From NCBI RefSeq assembly GCF_964204645.1, contig NC_134025.1, positions 14,012,001-14,076,000 on the forward strand: DNA of 64,000 nt, in the 5' to 3' direction. Below the pieces are notes generated by a model. The model saw nothing but the letters and a program-made list of their open reading frames with translations, did no database searches and was not told the origin of the DNA. Shown here piece after piece: positions 49,100 to 60,868 of this stretch. Made by a program: the position numbers and the translations under genes. This DNA is from Tubulanus polymorphus. Its lineage: Eukaryota; Animalia; Nemertea. Position 1 is the stretch's first letter; each line of letters begins with the position of its first letter.

Positions 49100-50897
49100 T
49101 ATAATATGTAGTAGAGCTATGAAATGTTATGAACTGTTCGATATGACATTGTAGATCTATATGATTATGAAATATGCAAATTATATCAGGGTGACAGATG
49201 CCCCCTTGTCCAATTAAATTTGGTCCTCCAAATTTGCGGAAAACGCAGATGCTATAACTTCATTAAAACTCCTTCCACTGCGAGAACGTGTAAAATTGAG
49301 TTCCACCGTGCGAAAATGTGCAAACGTTGGACAGTAACATCCGGATGCTCAGTCATACACGAAAGAGTCACATGTTGTCGTTATTTACGGACGATGCGAT
49401 AATACGTTAACTGTGATTTTGAATGATCTGCAGAGGATCCCTGAATTCTGGTTGGTTCTGCGACGAACAGAAGTAGCGACGTGTTGTGTAGTTATAGCGT
49501 CCCGAAGATCAGTTGGTGATGCAAGTTGCAAGCAGTACGCATTTCTCTGTTTTGAAGATCTTTCGATTACTGACTGGAAATAACTTCGTGACACAATGAT
49601 AGTAACATGCAACATTTGACATCAGAGCAGAGTTCAGGCAATGACACAACACGAATACAGTTACCCTTGTCAACCAAAAGGAAAAAATTATCATCATCCA
49701 AAATAAGTGGCCAGGTGTAACTGAGATTATATATTTGTCCACATAAAAATTCAACCAATTCATCTTCATGTTTTAGTTATACTAACAAACAAAAAATATG
49801 AACCTATGAAAATGAAAATTGCCGATTAAACCTTTAGTATAGTCGAAATAGTTTGTTGCGAAAAAAGTATAGATACACACTGTCCTGTAAGTAGATGAAT
49901 TTGACTAATTAACCTTAGACATATCCCCTGAGAAGTGTTCCGTATTCTAATACTTATAGTACGAAATGAAACTAAAATTGATTTATGCTGATTGGAACTA
50001 GATGCCTAGAAAAAAAAGAATTGTGAATCATACTATTTAAACCGGCGATAACTTTTTTGATCGTACGGTAGTATCTTATATCCAAATTCCTATAATTTTC
50101 TATCATGTTCATCTGACCACTAATTCGAGACAAAGAAGAAACTGTATTACCTTCGGTTGACAAAAAGTTACCGTAATGCATTGTATCCACTGAAAAAGCA
50201 GCAATGTTCATGATCAGTACGGCCATCTCGTCACAGGTGTAGTTGAATACGATCTTCTCGTGAGGTCAACGTTCCAGTCCCAACCAATAGTTTAACAGCT
50301 TCATCTGTACTTGTGTAAGTCACGAGGACTTAAATTTGGGTTCTCCACCATCTGTAACCGTCGATCTGTGAAGGTAAATCCGGTTCTCCGCCATCTGTAA
50401 CCGGCTGGTTGTTGTATCGGCAGGCTGCCTGGGGGAACTAGCATTTACACCAGCGGTACAGGATTCCATCCATCAGGAACAACAAGGCAGTTAAACCTTA
50501 TATGTACAATCTTTATTGCATCCCGGAATGAGAATGATTATCATAGCTTTACATAGTCTTTATATACAGAATCATGAGTATAATGTGAGAACTAGGAGTC
50601 AGACAAGTTGTAGACATCAGGACTCACAAACAAACACCTAGTGACATGTTTGAGAGACATTAATTAATTATCGATGAGCACTGACTATAGCTAATTATCG
50701 TGAAAACATGTTGAGTAATGTCACATGTTGATTACGATCTTAAAGCACATATTGACACTATAGTCATAAGTTATATTATATTATCATTATTATTATTATT
50801 TATAATATGTAGTAGAGCTATGAAATGTTATGAACTGTTCGATATGACATTGTAGATCTATATGATTATGAAATATGCAAATTATATCAGGGTGACA
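48631..50897 (-). mobile_element. Non-autonomous LTR retrotransposon (Gypsy-like)
   Basis: TG..CA LTRs 48631-49196 and 50353-50897, near-identical except for TTA tract length; 4-bp TSD CAGC; PBS TGGTGGAGAA (tRNA-Ala-like) and PPT GGACAAGGGGG on minus strand; no coding interior. Confidence 0.9.
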
Positions 50898-51199
50898 CAG
50901 CCTTTAGCTATGAATAACATGAAAGACTACCGTACTACTTGCACGGGAGAAAATCGCGAGTCACTTCCATTTCGCTGAAGTTGCAACTTTCAGGGCATCT
51001 TTCAGCTTTTGATGCTGTCTGGATCAAGAAGTCTTCCTAAGGAAAATCTTTTTTGCATAAATCTTAGTGCAAATTTCCATTTTGACATACAAATTAAATG
51101 ATTTTCAGGCATGGTCCCCATAAAAATTTTGCCACTATGGATATTACGCAGCGCTCACGCGGCGGGGTGGCAAACTATTATGGTGCTCATTGTTGGCAA

Positions 51200-51816
51200 T
51201 GAGGACATGGCCGAAGTAAATCAATCGCTCGAATTTTGCCACCAGGACGTACTTACAACTACAGAGTGAAAATGAACAAGTTACCAAAGTTCGGGATTTA
51301 GAGAAAGTTTTAGCTGATCAGGACGCAATTATTAAATCGGACCATGAGCTCCTCCCGGCCTAGATCAGCAATGGCGTAGCATGACATTGATCTTCTTCGG
51401 CGTCGAGGAATCAAAAAATGAAAATACCGAGGCCATAATAATTAAAGGCTTTTGCGGGAAACGCCTTAAGTTATCGATGACGACTATATCAAATTCGCGA
51501 GACCGCATCGCCTTGGAAGAAAGAAAGACGACCAGAAAGAACCGCGGCCAATTGGGTAATATTCTCACTCCCTGTTGTGCGGACATACTACAGAAATATA
51601 TAGATATGGGGAGAAACCGGGACTGCAGCATGCTCGCACAAAGGAGCGAGACCTACAATAACGTTTTTTTTTTAACTGACTCCCGCGGACTAATAAACTC
51701 CACTCAACAGCACAGATGGCCTAACCGACTCAACCAAAGCCAAACTGATTTCTTCCGTCTGTCCGCAGCGCCACGTAGTGAGAATAGGATAATATTCTCA
51801 CTCCCTGCTGTGCGGA
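51200..51816 (+). pseudogene. Degenerate LINE ORF1-like fragment
   Basis: LIFFGVEESKNENTE resembles the start of a LINE ORF1 RRM; frame-disrupted. Confidence 0.45.
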
Positions 51817-52009
51817 AGTAATAGGGGTAATGGGCTTTCAGGCCAAAGGTCGAACGGTCGAGAAATTTTCCAAATATGAAAATAACAATAATTTCTACTT
51901 GAATTAGTCGCGTACACTCCTAATTCAAGTAGAAATTATTATTATTTCACATTTGGAAAATTTCTCAACCGTTCAACCTTTAACCTGAAAGCCCATTACC
52001 CCTATTACT
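51817..52009 (-). repeat. Terminal imperfect palindrome (193 bp), left TIR tip of E3
   Basis: AGTAATAGGGGTAATGGGC...GCCCATTACCCCTATTACT. Confidence 0.92.
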
Positions 52010-52092
52010 CTTAAAATATTCATATACATGAATAAAATATATATGAATAACATATAAATTGATAGATTATTCAATATAAAAGAGTTAGTAAA

Positions 52093-52528
52093 AAAGTAAC
52101 GAGTAATTAACGAGCTCTTATAGAATAGATATATAGATATATTTTAAACATATTACAATACTTATATTTGTATGAGTTAGATTTTTAAACATTAAAAGTG
52201 TTAGTAAAGTGTGGATTGAAATAATTCATATTTAAATCATTGAATATTTATATTTACATGCGTTAAATTCTTATTTTCAGTATAAAAGTAACGAGTAATT
52301 AACGAGTGAAATAATTCATATTTAAAACAGTGAATATTTATATTTATATGTGTTAAATTCTTGATTTTTAATATAAAAAGTAACGAGTAATTAACGAGTG
52401 AAATAATTCATATTTAAAACAGTGAATATTTATATTTATATGTGTTAAATTCTTGATTTTTAATATAAAAAGTAACGAGTAATTAACGAGTGAAATAATT
52501 CATATTTAGAACATTGAATATTTATATT
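52093..52528. repeat. Subterminal iterons AAGTAACGAGTAATTAACGAG (4x) and 92-bp tandem unit
   Basis: Motif near 52094, 52286, 52378 and 52470. Confidence 0.85.
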
Positions 52529-52531
52529 TGA

Positions 52532-53101
52532 ATGAGTTTTAATAAAAATTTTGTTATAAGAATGAAGAAAGAAGAAGAACTCAACTTTAAAATCGAAATC
52601 AATGAAACCAATAAATCATTTTCACAGTTTAACATCAGAAATTATATTTCAGCAACAAATTTAGTGTCCGCCAGACATTATAAAATCGATAACATAACTA
52701 TGATTAATCTAATATTATCAAATGAAACATATTTAATTACTAAACTAATTGATACTTTTGATAATGGTGTCAAAAATCCTAAAATGTTCAATACAGTTTT
52801 AAATTTTAAAGGAACTTTAGATGAAAACATAATTAATATTCTTAAAACTCCTTTCAATGAAAGAAATGATGATATAATACTTTCAAAAGATTATAATGAT
52901 TCGATTAACTTAAGAATTGAAAAAAGACAATTATATTATTTCAATTTTGTTAATAAACAAATTATCTATAATGAAAATTCATCAAATATTGGTATTCAAT
53001 GTGAATCAGTTAATAATAATTCTTATAAAGATGTTGGAATTCAATGTAACTTAGATAATGAAATTGTTACGCCTAAATATAATCCTAATGAAAGCGAGTA
53101 A
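52532..53101 (+). CDS. Hypothetical protein (189 aa)
   Basis: Open frame with element-like composition; IGIQC/VGIQC repeats; no homolog in window. Confidence 0.6.
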   Translation: MSFNKNFVIRMKKEEELNFKIEINETNKSFSQFNIRNYISATNLVSARHYKIDNITMINLILSNETYLITKLIDTFDNGVKNPKMFNTVLNFKGTLDENIINILKTPFNERNDDIILSKDYNDSINLRIEKRQLYYFNFVNKQIIYNENSSNIGIQCESVNNNSYKDVGIQCNLDNEIVTPKYNPNESE

Positions 53102-53212
53102 TTAGAAAAGTAGGCTTTCAGATCAGAGGACGAGAGGACGAGACACCACTCATCACCACAAGTAATTTTTTTCCTAACACTCATCACCACAAGTAATTTT
53201 TTTTCCTAATAA

Positions 53213-53539
53213 ATGGGAGATAGAAAAGCATTCTTAGCAACAATAAATAACAGAATAAAACCAGCAAAAAAACAATTTGAAATAAAAAAGTTAGTTGATG
53301 TTACAAAAGAAATTGAACATAAAATATTGAAATTAGAAAAGATAAAAACTAAATATGGAGAGAAAGTATCAGCTAATTTAAGCTACTGTAATGTTAGTAC
53401 ATCGCGAGAATTTAAAGTGTTTTTACCCGATAAATGGGTTTCATTGAGTACGGAGGAATTGAAAGATTTAGTAGGATTTAAAATAATATATCATGGGAAA
53501 AATGAAGACGGTCATCATGATTTAGAAATTGTTGATTAA
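53213..53539 (+). CDS. Divergent homolog of the putative ssDNA-binding protein (108 aa)
   Basis: TKYGEKV, FLPDKW, YHGKNEDGHHDLE align with 10436..10777. Confidence 0.65.
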   Translation: MGDRKAFLATINNRIKPAKKQFEIKKLVDVTKEIEHKILKLEKIKTKYGEKVSANLSYCNVSTSREFKVFLPDKWVSLSTEELKDLVGFKIIYHGKNEDGHHDLEIVD

Positions 53540-53625
53540 ATTTTAAAAAAAATAAATTAATAGAAATAATGAATATCTAGAATCCGAAATGACTTATCTG
53601 GACAATTTAATTGCTCCACATAGAT

Positions 53626-53654
53626 GGTGCCATAAACAGCACCCACACAGTGAT
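53626..53654 (+). repeat. Micro-palindrome insertion, copy 3 (noncoding, degenerate)
   Basis: GAT-GGTGCCATAAACAGCACCCACACAGT-GAT; empty sites TAGATAGA in the other two motif copies. Confidence 0.7.
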
Positions 53655-53720
53655 AGACAAAAGTAGTGAGATATTCAATTAATTAAAAAAAATTATTTTT
53701 TTTGCTTTTTTTCTAAAATA

Positions 53721-54092
53721 TTAATCCATTTTTTTTATTATCAATTTTGGAATTTCAGAAGTACTTTCATTTTTGATAGCAGTTGGTTCAGAATTACTAC
53801 TAATATCATGAATTTTATTTGATTTCTTATACCAATTATACCCAATCAAAATGAATACAATTACAAATCCAACTGTAAAATATAAATATTTATCAAATAT
53901 TCTACTATCAGAAGGAGTAGAAATAACAATATTTTCACCATTTTTATTAAAATTTTTATTACTTATTTTTTCTTTTACAGCTTTTTTATATTCTTGTGAT
54001 TTAATTCCTAATTGTCGAGACCATTCAATTTGTTTCTGAGTTCTCGGTTTTTTCTTCACAGTTAATTCCTTCACTTCTTTCACCTCGCTCAT
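53721..54092 (-). CDS. E3 basic/TM protein
   Basis: KKKPRTQKQIEWSRQLG homologous to 724..1119. Confidence 0.75.
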   Translation of the reverse strand: MSEVKEVKELTVKKKPRTQKQIEWSRQLGIKSQEYKKAVKEKISNKNFNKNGENIVISTPSDSRIFDKYLYFTVGFVIVFILIGYNWYKKSNKIHDISSNSEPTAIKNESTSEIPKLIIKKMD

Positions 54093-54630
54093 TTATTATA
54101 GAAATATTTTTACTTTCAATATTTGAAAATGTTATAACCCCGGTTGATAATAATGTCATAAATCCTCCTAATTGAAACGATAAATATCCAATCCATTTAT
54201 TTAATTCAGTCATAACTAAATAATCATTTTTTAAATCGGAATATAATCTATTTTCATCTTCAATTGGTAGTATATAATTAAATAATTTACTATAACCTTT
54301 TACTACATTTTCTGATATCGCGTCATTAATTTTAGCTGTTCTCGCAGCTTCATAAATCTTAAATAATCTAATAAATTCAACTGATTTCATTGTATCTAAT
54401 TCATTATAAGTTAAATTTTTATCAACAAATTTTTTACATTTTCCAGATGCTATTAATATTTCTAATTGATGTTTGCAATAAAGATAATATTCATAATTAT
54501 TATTTGTTGTAACATTATTTAAAGCACCATCATCTGGAATTAATTTTGTTTCTGTTATTCCTAAATCATCTAAAGTTTTTTCAATTGGAACATCACCATT
54601 TTTAGATTTTATTTTCTTTTCACCTCCCAT
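54025..54630 (-). CDS. E3 homolog of ORF 129..731
   Basis: YEYYLYCKH, KNDYLVMTEL conserved. Confidence 0.78.
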   Translation of the reverse strand: MGGEKKIKSKNGDVPIEKTLDDLGITETKLIPDDGALNNVTTNNNYEYYLYCKHQLEILIASGKCKKFVDKNLTYNELDTMKSVEFIRLFKIYEAARTAKINDAISENVVKGYSKLFNYILPIEDENRLYSDLKNDYLVMTELNKWIGYLSFQLGGFMTLLSTGVITFSNIESKNISIINERGERSEGINCEEKTENSETN

Positions 54631-54649
54631 TTTTATAATAAAAAAATTA

Positions 54650-55005
54650 GTTGTGATGTTGCAACTAGAATTTAACTAGAATGTAACTAGAATTCAACTA
54701 GATTAACAAGCTAGTTGAAATATTGTTGTTTTTGTTTATTTCTTGTTAAATCTAGTTGATTTTTGTTTCAACTACTAACAACAAGAATTCAACTAGAATG
54801 TAACTAGAATTAAAATAGATTAACAAGCTAGTTAAAATATTGTTAAATCTATTTGATTTTTGTTACAACTACTAATAACTAGAATGTAACTAGAATTAAA
54901 ATAGATTAACAAGCTAGTTAAAATATTGTTAAATCTATTTGATTTTTGTTACAACTACTAATAACTAGAATTCAACTAGAATTCAACTAGATTAACAAAC
55001 TAATT
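54650..55005. repeat. ACTAG(AAT) iteron array with internal duplications
   Basis: Many AACTAGAAT/AACTAGATT units; related CTAG units at 25-80, 22060-22110 and 43905-43965. Confidence 0.8.
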
Positions 55006-55009
55006 GAAT

Positions 55010-55618
55010 TTAAATAAATTCATATCTAAATGGGTGTTGTAATCTAAATAGTAATTTTGATCTTTTAATATTTTTCAACTTATCCATATATTCATTATGT
55101 AAATCATGTGGAATAATATCATTTTCCTCAAGTGCATTTTTCATCGATTTTCTATCTTTATTGTAGAATAAAACTAGAAATCTAATGTTTTCTCTAAAGT
55201 CTTTAACAATTGAATTATATTTTTGATTTAAAACCCAAGTTGTTATCCCAAAATGTCTCCCAGAGAAAGCTAAATAGCATAACTCACTTTCTCTAATTTT
55301 TGAATCATGTAAATTTGCACAATCATCTATGATAAATAATGTATTTGATCCTTTATAAATATCAATTGCTATTTTTATACAATTATCTAAATTTTCTTTT
55401 ACTGTTTTAGGATCTAATATAATAAATTTATTATTCCTAGTAATATTTCTATCATAAGTTTGATTAAATTCATATGTTGGACAAAATAATACTATATTAT
55501 CAAAATAGTTTTTGTAAACAGTTTCTAATAAATTTAATATAAAATAAGTTTTTCCACAATTTGTTACACCAGAAATTAACATATTATGAGGCTCAAATAT
55601 AAATAATTCTTTATTCAT
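55010..55618 (-). CDS. E3 packaging ATPase
   Basis: GVTNCGKT, FIIDD, SGRH; intact. Confidence 0.92.
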   Translation of the reverse strand: MNKELFIFEPHNMLISGVTNCGKTYFILNLLETVYKNYFDNIVLFCPTYEFNQTYDRNITRNNKFIILDPKTVKENLDNCIKIAIDIYKGSNTLFIIDDCANLHDSKIRESELCYLAFSGRHFGITTWVLNQKYNSIVKDFRENIRFLVLFYNKDRKSMKNALEENDIIPHDLHNEYMDKLKNIKRSKLLFRLQHPFRYEFI

Positions 55619-56746
55619 TTATATATTTTTAATTTTACTTGATAATATCCATTCATTGAATTTATCTGGCCATCCAACCCATTTTACTAAAGAATATTTT
55701 TTTCTTTTAATAGTTTTTGTTTTTAATACTTTTTCAATTTTATATTCTTGTTCTAGATTTTCAGTAGTTAAACTTAATTCTTCTTCGTAAAAGTAACCAT
55801 CAACTTCTTCACCATCTAAATCTTCTAATTTATAGACATATGGTTTTGTTGTTATTACCTTTTTTATTTTATATATTTCTCTAGTAAAATTTCGATCGTA
55901 TCCTTTGTCAAATATCTTTTTATACTTAGAAATTCTAACATTTTGACCAACTTTAAATTTAGGTTCACCAAAATCATCTACAAGAAATGCTCCATATAAA
56001 TTATTCCAAACAATTTCAGCATTTTCAGATTTTCTAGCATCAATAGGTTTCATTCCAATAGAAGAATGATAAGAATTATTATATCCTTCTATCAATTTTG
56101 GTAAAACATCAATCCATTCAAAAGTATTATTTGCTGTAAAATATTTCCACATTCTTGTTCTTAATGTTCTATTAAATCGTTCAACAACTGCTGCTTTTTT
56201 ATCTGATTTTGTTGAAAAATATTTAATATTATGATTATCTAAGAGTTCATGAACAAGTGAATTATCAAACTCTTTTCCATCATCAAATTGTATTTTTTCT
56301 GGATTTAGTTTATCATCCGAAAGAAATTTTCTTAAAACATTTGATGTTTGTACAGCATCTTTTCTATAAAGTGGGAAACTCCATACATAACGACTAAAAA
56401 TATCAATTATATTCAATAACCACCAATAATCATCATTATCTTTCTTAACATTTTTCATATCAATTAAATCTCCTTGCCACTGTTGATCTACATAACTTAC
56501 CATAGTTTTACGAGTTTTATATTTTCTAACAATTTTTTTATGTGTTGTATATGTTGGTTGTTCTAACATAAATTCATTTATATCTTTATATTTAACTAAA
56601 TTTTGTGGGATTATCTTATCTAATTTATCTTGTTTTACTTTACACCATATATTTTTAGTAGAAGAATAAGCAACCGAACTCTCAGGGTTGTAATATAAAT
56701 TTCTTAAATATTGTTCTTTAGTATTAGGAGTTTTTTTACCACTCAT
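55619..56746 (-). CDS. E3 DDE integrase with chromodomain
   Basis: WQGDLID, QFDDGKEF, VVERFNRTLR, LVKWVGWPDKFNEWI; intact. Confidence 0.95.
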   Translation of the reverse strand: MSGKKTPNTKEQYLRNLYYNPESSVAYSSTKNIWCKVKQDKLDKIIPQNLVKYKDINEFMLEQPTYTTHKKIVRKYKTRKTMVSYVDQQWQGDLIDMKNVKKDNDDYWWLLNIIDIFSRYVWSFPLYRKDAVQTSNVLRKFLSDDKLNPEKIQFDDGKEFDNSLVHELLDNHNIKYFSTKSDKKAAVVERFNRTLRTRMWKYFTANNTFEWIDVLPKLIEGYNNSYHSSIGMKPIDARKSENAEIVWNNLYGAFLVDDFGEPKFKVGQNVRISKYKKIFDKGYDRNFTREIYKIKKVITTKPYVYKLEDLDGEEVDGYFYEEELSLTTENLEQEYKIEKVLKTKTIKRKKYSLVKWVGWPDKFNEWILSSKIKNI

Positions 56747-56776
56747 TTATATATCCTTAATTTTAACTTTATATTT

Positions 56777-57966
56777 CTAATATTGAATACTATCTAATTG
56801 TGAATTTACAATATTTAATTGTGCGTCAGATATAATATAAATGTGCATTTTAAAATTTTTGATTCCTTTATTCTTTTTCATGAATAATTGTATTCCATCT
56901 TTAGTGTTCTGTAGTTTTTTTCCAGAACCATGTAATGAATTATCTTCAGTTGTTCTAAAATCTAACCATAATGCATATTTATTACCGGTATAATAGTCAA
57001 TTTGATTAATATTACAATTTTCAAATGATTTTATTTTTTCATTCATGAAATGTTTTTTAATTTCTACCCATTGATCTATCATTCTCATTCCTTGACAAAA
57101 TATTTTATTTGCTATTCCTTCGATAGTTATTTCTACTTTTGTTATTTCAGGATTATAATAATTATCTACCTTTATTGCGCCATTAGTATACGTTCCAATA
57201 GTAAAAAATATTAATATACCTTTAATAGATCTTCTTGGAAAGTTAATATTCTCATTAATAATTTCATCATTTGCATTAATAGTTACAGTTTTAAATTTAT
57301 CAATATAATCATATAATAATGAAAATCCTTGATTGTATTGAGTTTGAATTGTGCTAGCAATATTTTCATTAGTTACTGTGTTATATTCTAAACATATATT
57401 CGATAATTTATAACTCATATCTTTAACAACGCTAGATAATACAATTTCATTTACAGGAGCAAATGTTATCTCAAATATAATATCTTCTTGAATTGCGTAT
57501 TTATATAAAGGTGCATTATTATTTATCAATTCAAATTATTTACTACTGCGTTATTAGCTTCTGATCTTAATTTATTTTGGTTTTCTGATTGAATTCCTTG
57601 AAATATCATATTATTTCTATTTTCTTTAGTTAACCATAAATCTTTATAATGTGAAAATAAATTATAATCATCTAATGAGAAAACTGTTTCTGGACCAATC
57701 TTTATTGTTAACTTTTTAATCAAATATCTTCCAACATTATCAACGACATAATTATTATTATTACCGATTACTTTTATATCAGCTGATAAATAAATACTGT
57801 TTGGAACATAAAAAGTATTTTGTGTTAATCTAGGAATTCTAACATATAAAGTTTCATCGGGATTAATATTTGAAGGGTTATGAGTAATTATATGATGTGA
57901 TCTTTCTGCTTTAATAGCATTAGATATTCTAGAAATCTTTGAAGGACTTATATAACTCCCACTCAT
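56777..57966 (-). pseudogene. E3 major capsid protein, frameshifted
   Basis: ~58-bp deletion at ~57535 relative to E1 splits it into 146- and 250-aa ORFs. Confidence 0.8.
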
Positions 57967-58010
57967 TTATTTAACAAAAAAATTAATTATTTATTTTTTG
58001 ATATCATGGT

Positions 58011-59454
58011 TTACTTGATATTTTTTGATATCATATTTACTAAACCAAAAATAATAGCACTTACAACTGTAATTAAAAATAAAATAATATGTTCAGCAGC
58101 AAAGTTAAGAATATTCCCAGCAGATTTCAATATAAAACCAACAATTGATGCAATAACTCCTGGCAATGCTGCAGCAGATTTTTTAGATAGTTCCCATAAA
58201 TATTTTGCTAATTTCTTTAAACCATCCTTAACTTTATCTTGTATAGAATTATTGCCTGGAGGTTTATCTGGTTTATTGGGAGTGGGAGTAGGAGTAGATT
58301 TTAAAGCATTTGATATAGCTAAACCAATTGTTGTAAATAACATAGTTACAGCTGTTAGAATTGAAAGAATTGTTATTCCTTCTAATTTAAATAATAATCT
58401 TATTCTGTCTTTTAGTGATATTTCAGAATTTGGTTTAATCAACAAATCTTTAAAAATAACTTTTAATCTATTAATATTATAATCATATGATTTTAACAAT
58501 AATTTAATTTCTTCTTTTTGTAATTCTATGTTATATTCTAAATCATCTTTTTCTTTTTCTAAACGTAATTCTTTTTGCCTATATTCTATTTCATCAATTA
58601 CTTGATGATCTAAATCAGACTTTAATTGTTCTATTTCTTTATTTTTATCAGTTAATTCTTTTTCTAAAGTTCTAATTTTAAAATCTCTTATACTTTTATT
58701 ATGTGCAATTTTATCAGATGCAAGTCTTATACTAATAATTTCTCTAATTGCTTTATCAGAAAATATATCTAAATCTTCTAATTCTTGATCTGTTGCATCA
58801 ATTAATCCATTCGGTAAAAGTTTTTCAATTGGAACTTTATTTGATTTAAGTTTACTATTTTTGGAAGTTATATTCTGTTCAGAAGTTGTTACTGTTTCTG
58901 ATTTCTTTTTGATTATTTCAAATAATTCATTAATTATTTGTTTAAATACATCTATATTATCATCTATTTCTTTTTGTGTAACATCAGTTATTTCATTACT
59001 ATTACTTATTATTTTAATTCTATCTGGTTTTAATTTTTCTAAAGTTGATTCTGATAATATTTTATTTTTATTATTTTTATAAGTGATATCAATATAATAA
59101 TCACCTTTCAAACGATAATTAACATTTACCATTATCTAAAAATTTTAATTGATCTGCTAAAAGTCCAACGTCTTCATCATTTATGTTAAAATTAGATTTT
59201 TCAATTAAATCTTCTAATTTAGGTATTTTGTTTAAATTATCTAAATCTTGTTTTACTAAATCTGGGTCTAAATTTTCAGGATTTAATTGTGATTCAGCAT
59301 TTTTAATATAATCAGGCATATTTAAATTATTGTTATATTCTGGTTCATTACCATCATTAAAACTTGTTTCATCAAAATCAGGTGGTTGTTCATCAGTTAT
59401 GTTAGGTTCATCAAAAGGATCCATTCCAATATCTTCTACACCTTCTACATCCAT
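58011..59454 (-). pseudogene. E3 coiled-coil/TM protein, frameshifted near 59125
   Basis: 111- and 373-aa overlapping ORFs; termini match E1 and E2, centre differs. Confidence 0.75.
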
Positions 59455-59477
59455 TTATATAATAAAAAAATTAAAAT

Positions 59478-60851
59478 TTAAAATATAATATTCCTCCGAT
59501 TACAATTCCTATACAAGTTATAGCTAATTTCATGTGATTTATTATCATCATTTAGTTTAATTATATCATGTTGAATAATATCAGTTCTATTATTTTCTGA
59601 TGTATTGTAATCTTTTATTTTAGAATCATTATTTAATTTAATATTATTAGTTTTAGTTTCAGTTGATTGAATGTGTTTTTTATTTTTTTCACCTTCCATT
59701 AATTTTGGAGCAGTGATAATCTTTTTATTTATATCATTCAATCCAAATGATTTATTTATTGTTGCAGTTTTAATTAGATTATTATAACCAATTATATTTC
59801 CCATCTTCAATACTAAATCATTTGAAATAATTAATAGATTAGGGCCTATACAATAATTAAGTCTTACATGAGATTTATCTAAATAATTTTGATATCTTAT
59901 AATGTTTTCTGGAATAGATCTATTTTTATCATTATGAATTGAATCTTCAAATAATACTTTAAATTGTTTTTGAGTATCGAATGATGTATTCAAATTTCCA
60001 ATTATCGGTGATCTTGTTTCAACTTGTGATCCTAGAATACAAATCAAATAAGTTCTAATAGATTGATTTATTCTTTCTATACCTGATTTAGTAAAACCTT
60101 CACTATTCTCTAAAATAAAATATACCCAACCATTATTGTTTTCTTGTTTTAAATGATCATAAAATTTCGGTAATTTATTGAAATTTAATGTTTCTAAATC
60201 CTTTGTTTCTATTTTACCATAACCTAATTTATTATTATAGATATTATAAAAACTATTAGATGGTATGGGAAGTGCACAATATTCTGCAATCTTTCTAGGG
60301 CAAGGAAGTGATCTTATTGTTCCAATTTTTGTTCTAAAATCAGAATTATTTATATCTATATTAAATTCATTGCAAATTTTATAAAACTTTGATAAATTAA
60401 TATTATTATCTAATTCTTTGAAATACCTAGATCCTGGTAAAGCGCACTCTAATTCATTTAATATTATTCTGATTTGAAAGTATGTATGAAATCTAAATAA
60501 ACTTTGAATTAGTTTATATTTAGAATTATTCAAATGATCATTCCAACTAATTCCACATCCTGTTGTTGCACAATAAACAGCAAAATTTAATTGATTCTGC
60601 CAATACTTCATATTAGATTTTAATAACCATTGTTTTTCATCTTTCAATTTTTTAAAATTAATTAAATATACATGAAATATATTTTCCATCTTTGCATTAA
60701 AATTATTAGTTTCAGTAACATAAATATATAAATCAATTAATGAATCTAAAACTTCATTTCTATATGTAATATCTTTATTAAAATCTATTGCTGGAATATT
60801 ATATTTAATTGATTTATTATATTGGAAAGCTTTTGGAAAACTATCTACCAT
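59478..60851 (-). CDS. E3 homolog of the 462-aa protein; C-terminal TM lost by a small deletion
   Basis: Near-identical to E1 until KSHE, then frameshift. Confidence 0.75.
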   Translation of the reverse strand: MVDSFPKAFQYNKSIKYNIPAIDFNKDITYRNEVLDSLIDLYIYVTETNNFNAKMENIFHVYLINFKKLKDEKQWLLKSNMKYWQNQLNFAVYCATTGCGISWNDHLNNSKYKLIQSLFRFHTYFQIRIILNELECALPGSRYFKELDNNINLSKFYKICNEFNIDINNSDFRTKIGTIRSLPCPRKIAEYCALPIPSNSFYNIYNNKLGYGKIETKDLETLNFNKLPKFYDHLKQENNNGWVYFILENSEGFTKSGIERINQSIRTYLICILGSQVETRSPIIGNLNTSFDTQKQFKVLFEDSIHNDKNRSIPENIIRYQNYLDKSHVRLNYCIGPNLLIISNDLVLKMGNIIGYNNLIKTATINKSFGLNDINKKIITAPKLMEGEKNKKHIQSTETKTNNIKLNNDSKIKDYNTSENNRTDIIQHDIIKLNDDNKSHEISYNLYRNCNRRNIIF

Positions 60852-60868
60852 TTATATAATTAAAAAAA

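Noticed and set aside
49050-49100. TTA microsatellite (also AT run at ~40741)
   Set aside because: Ordinary slippage repeats
49220-50226. Short ORFs inside the LTR element
   Set aside because: No gag/pol motifs; overlapping random-like frames
43900-54730. One giant element bounded by 1.5-kb inverted repeats
   Set aside because: The arms are substantially diverged and E3's own terminus lies between them; better explained as a separate decayed fragment
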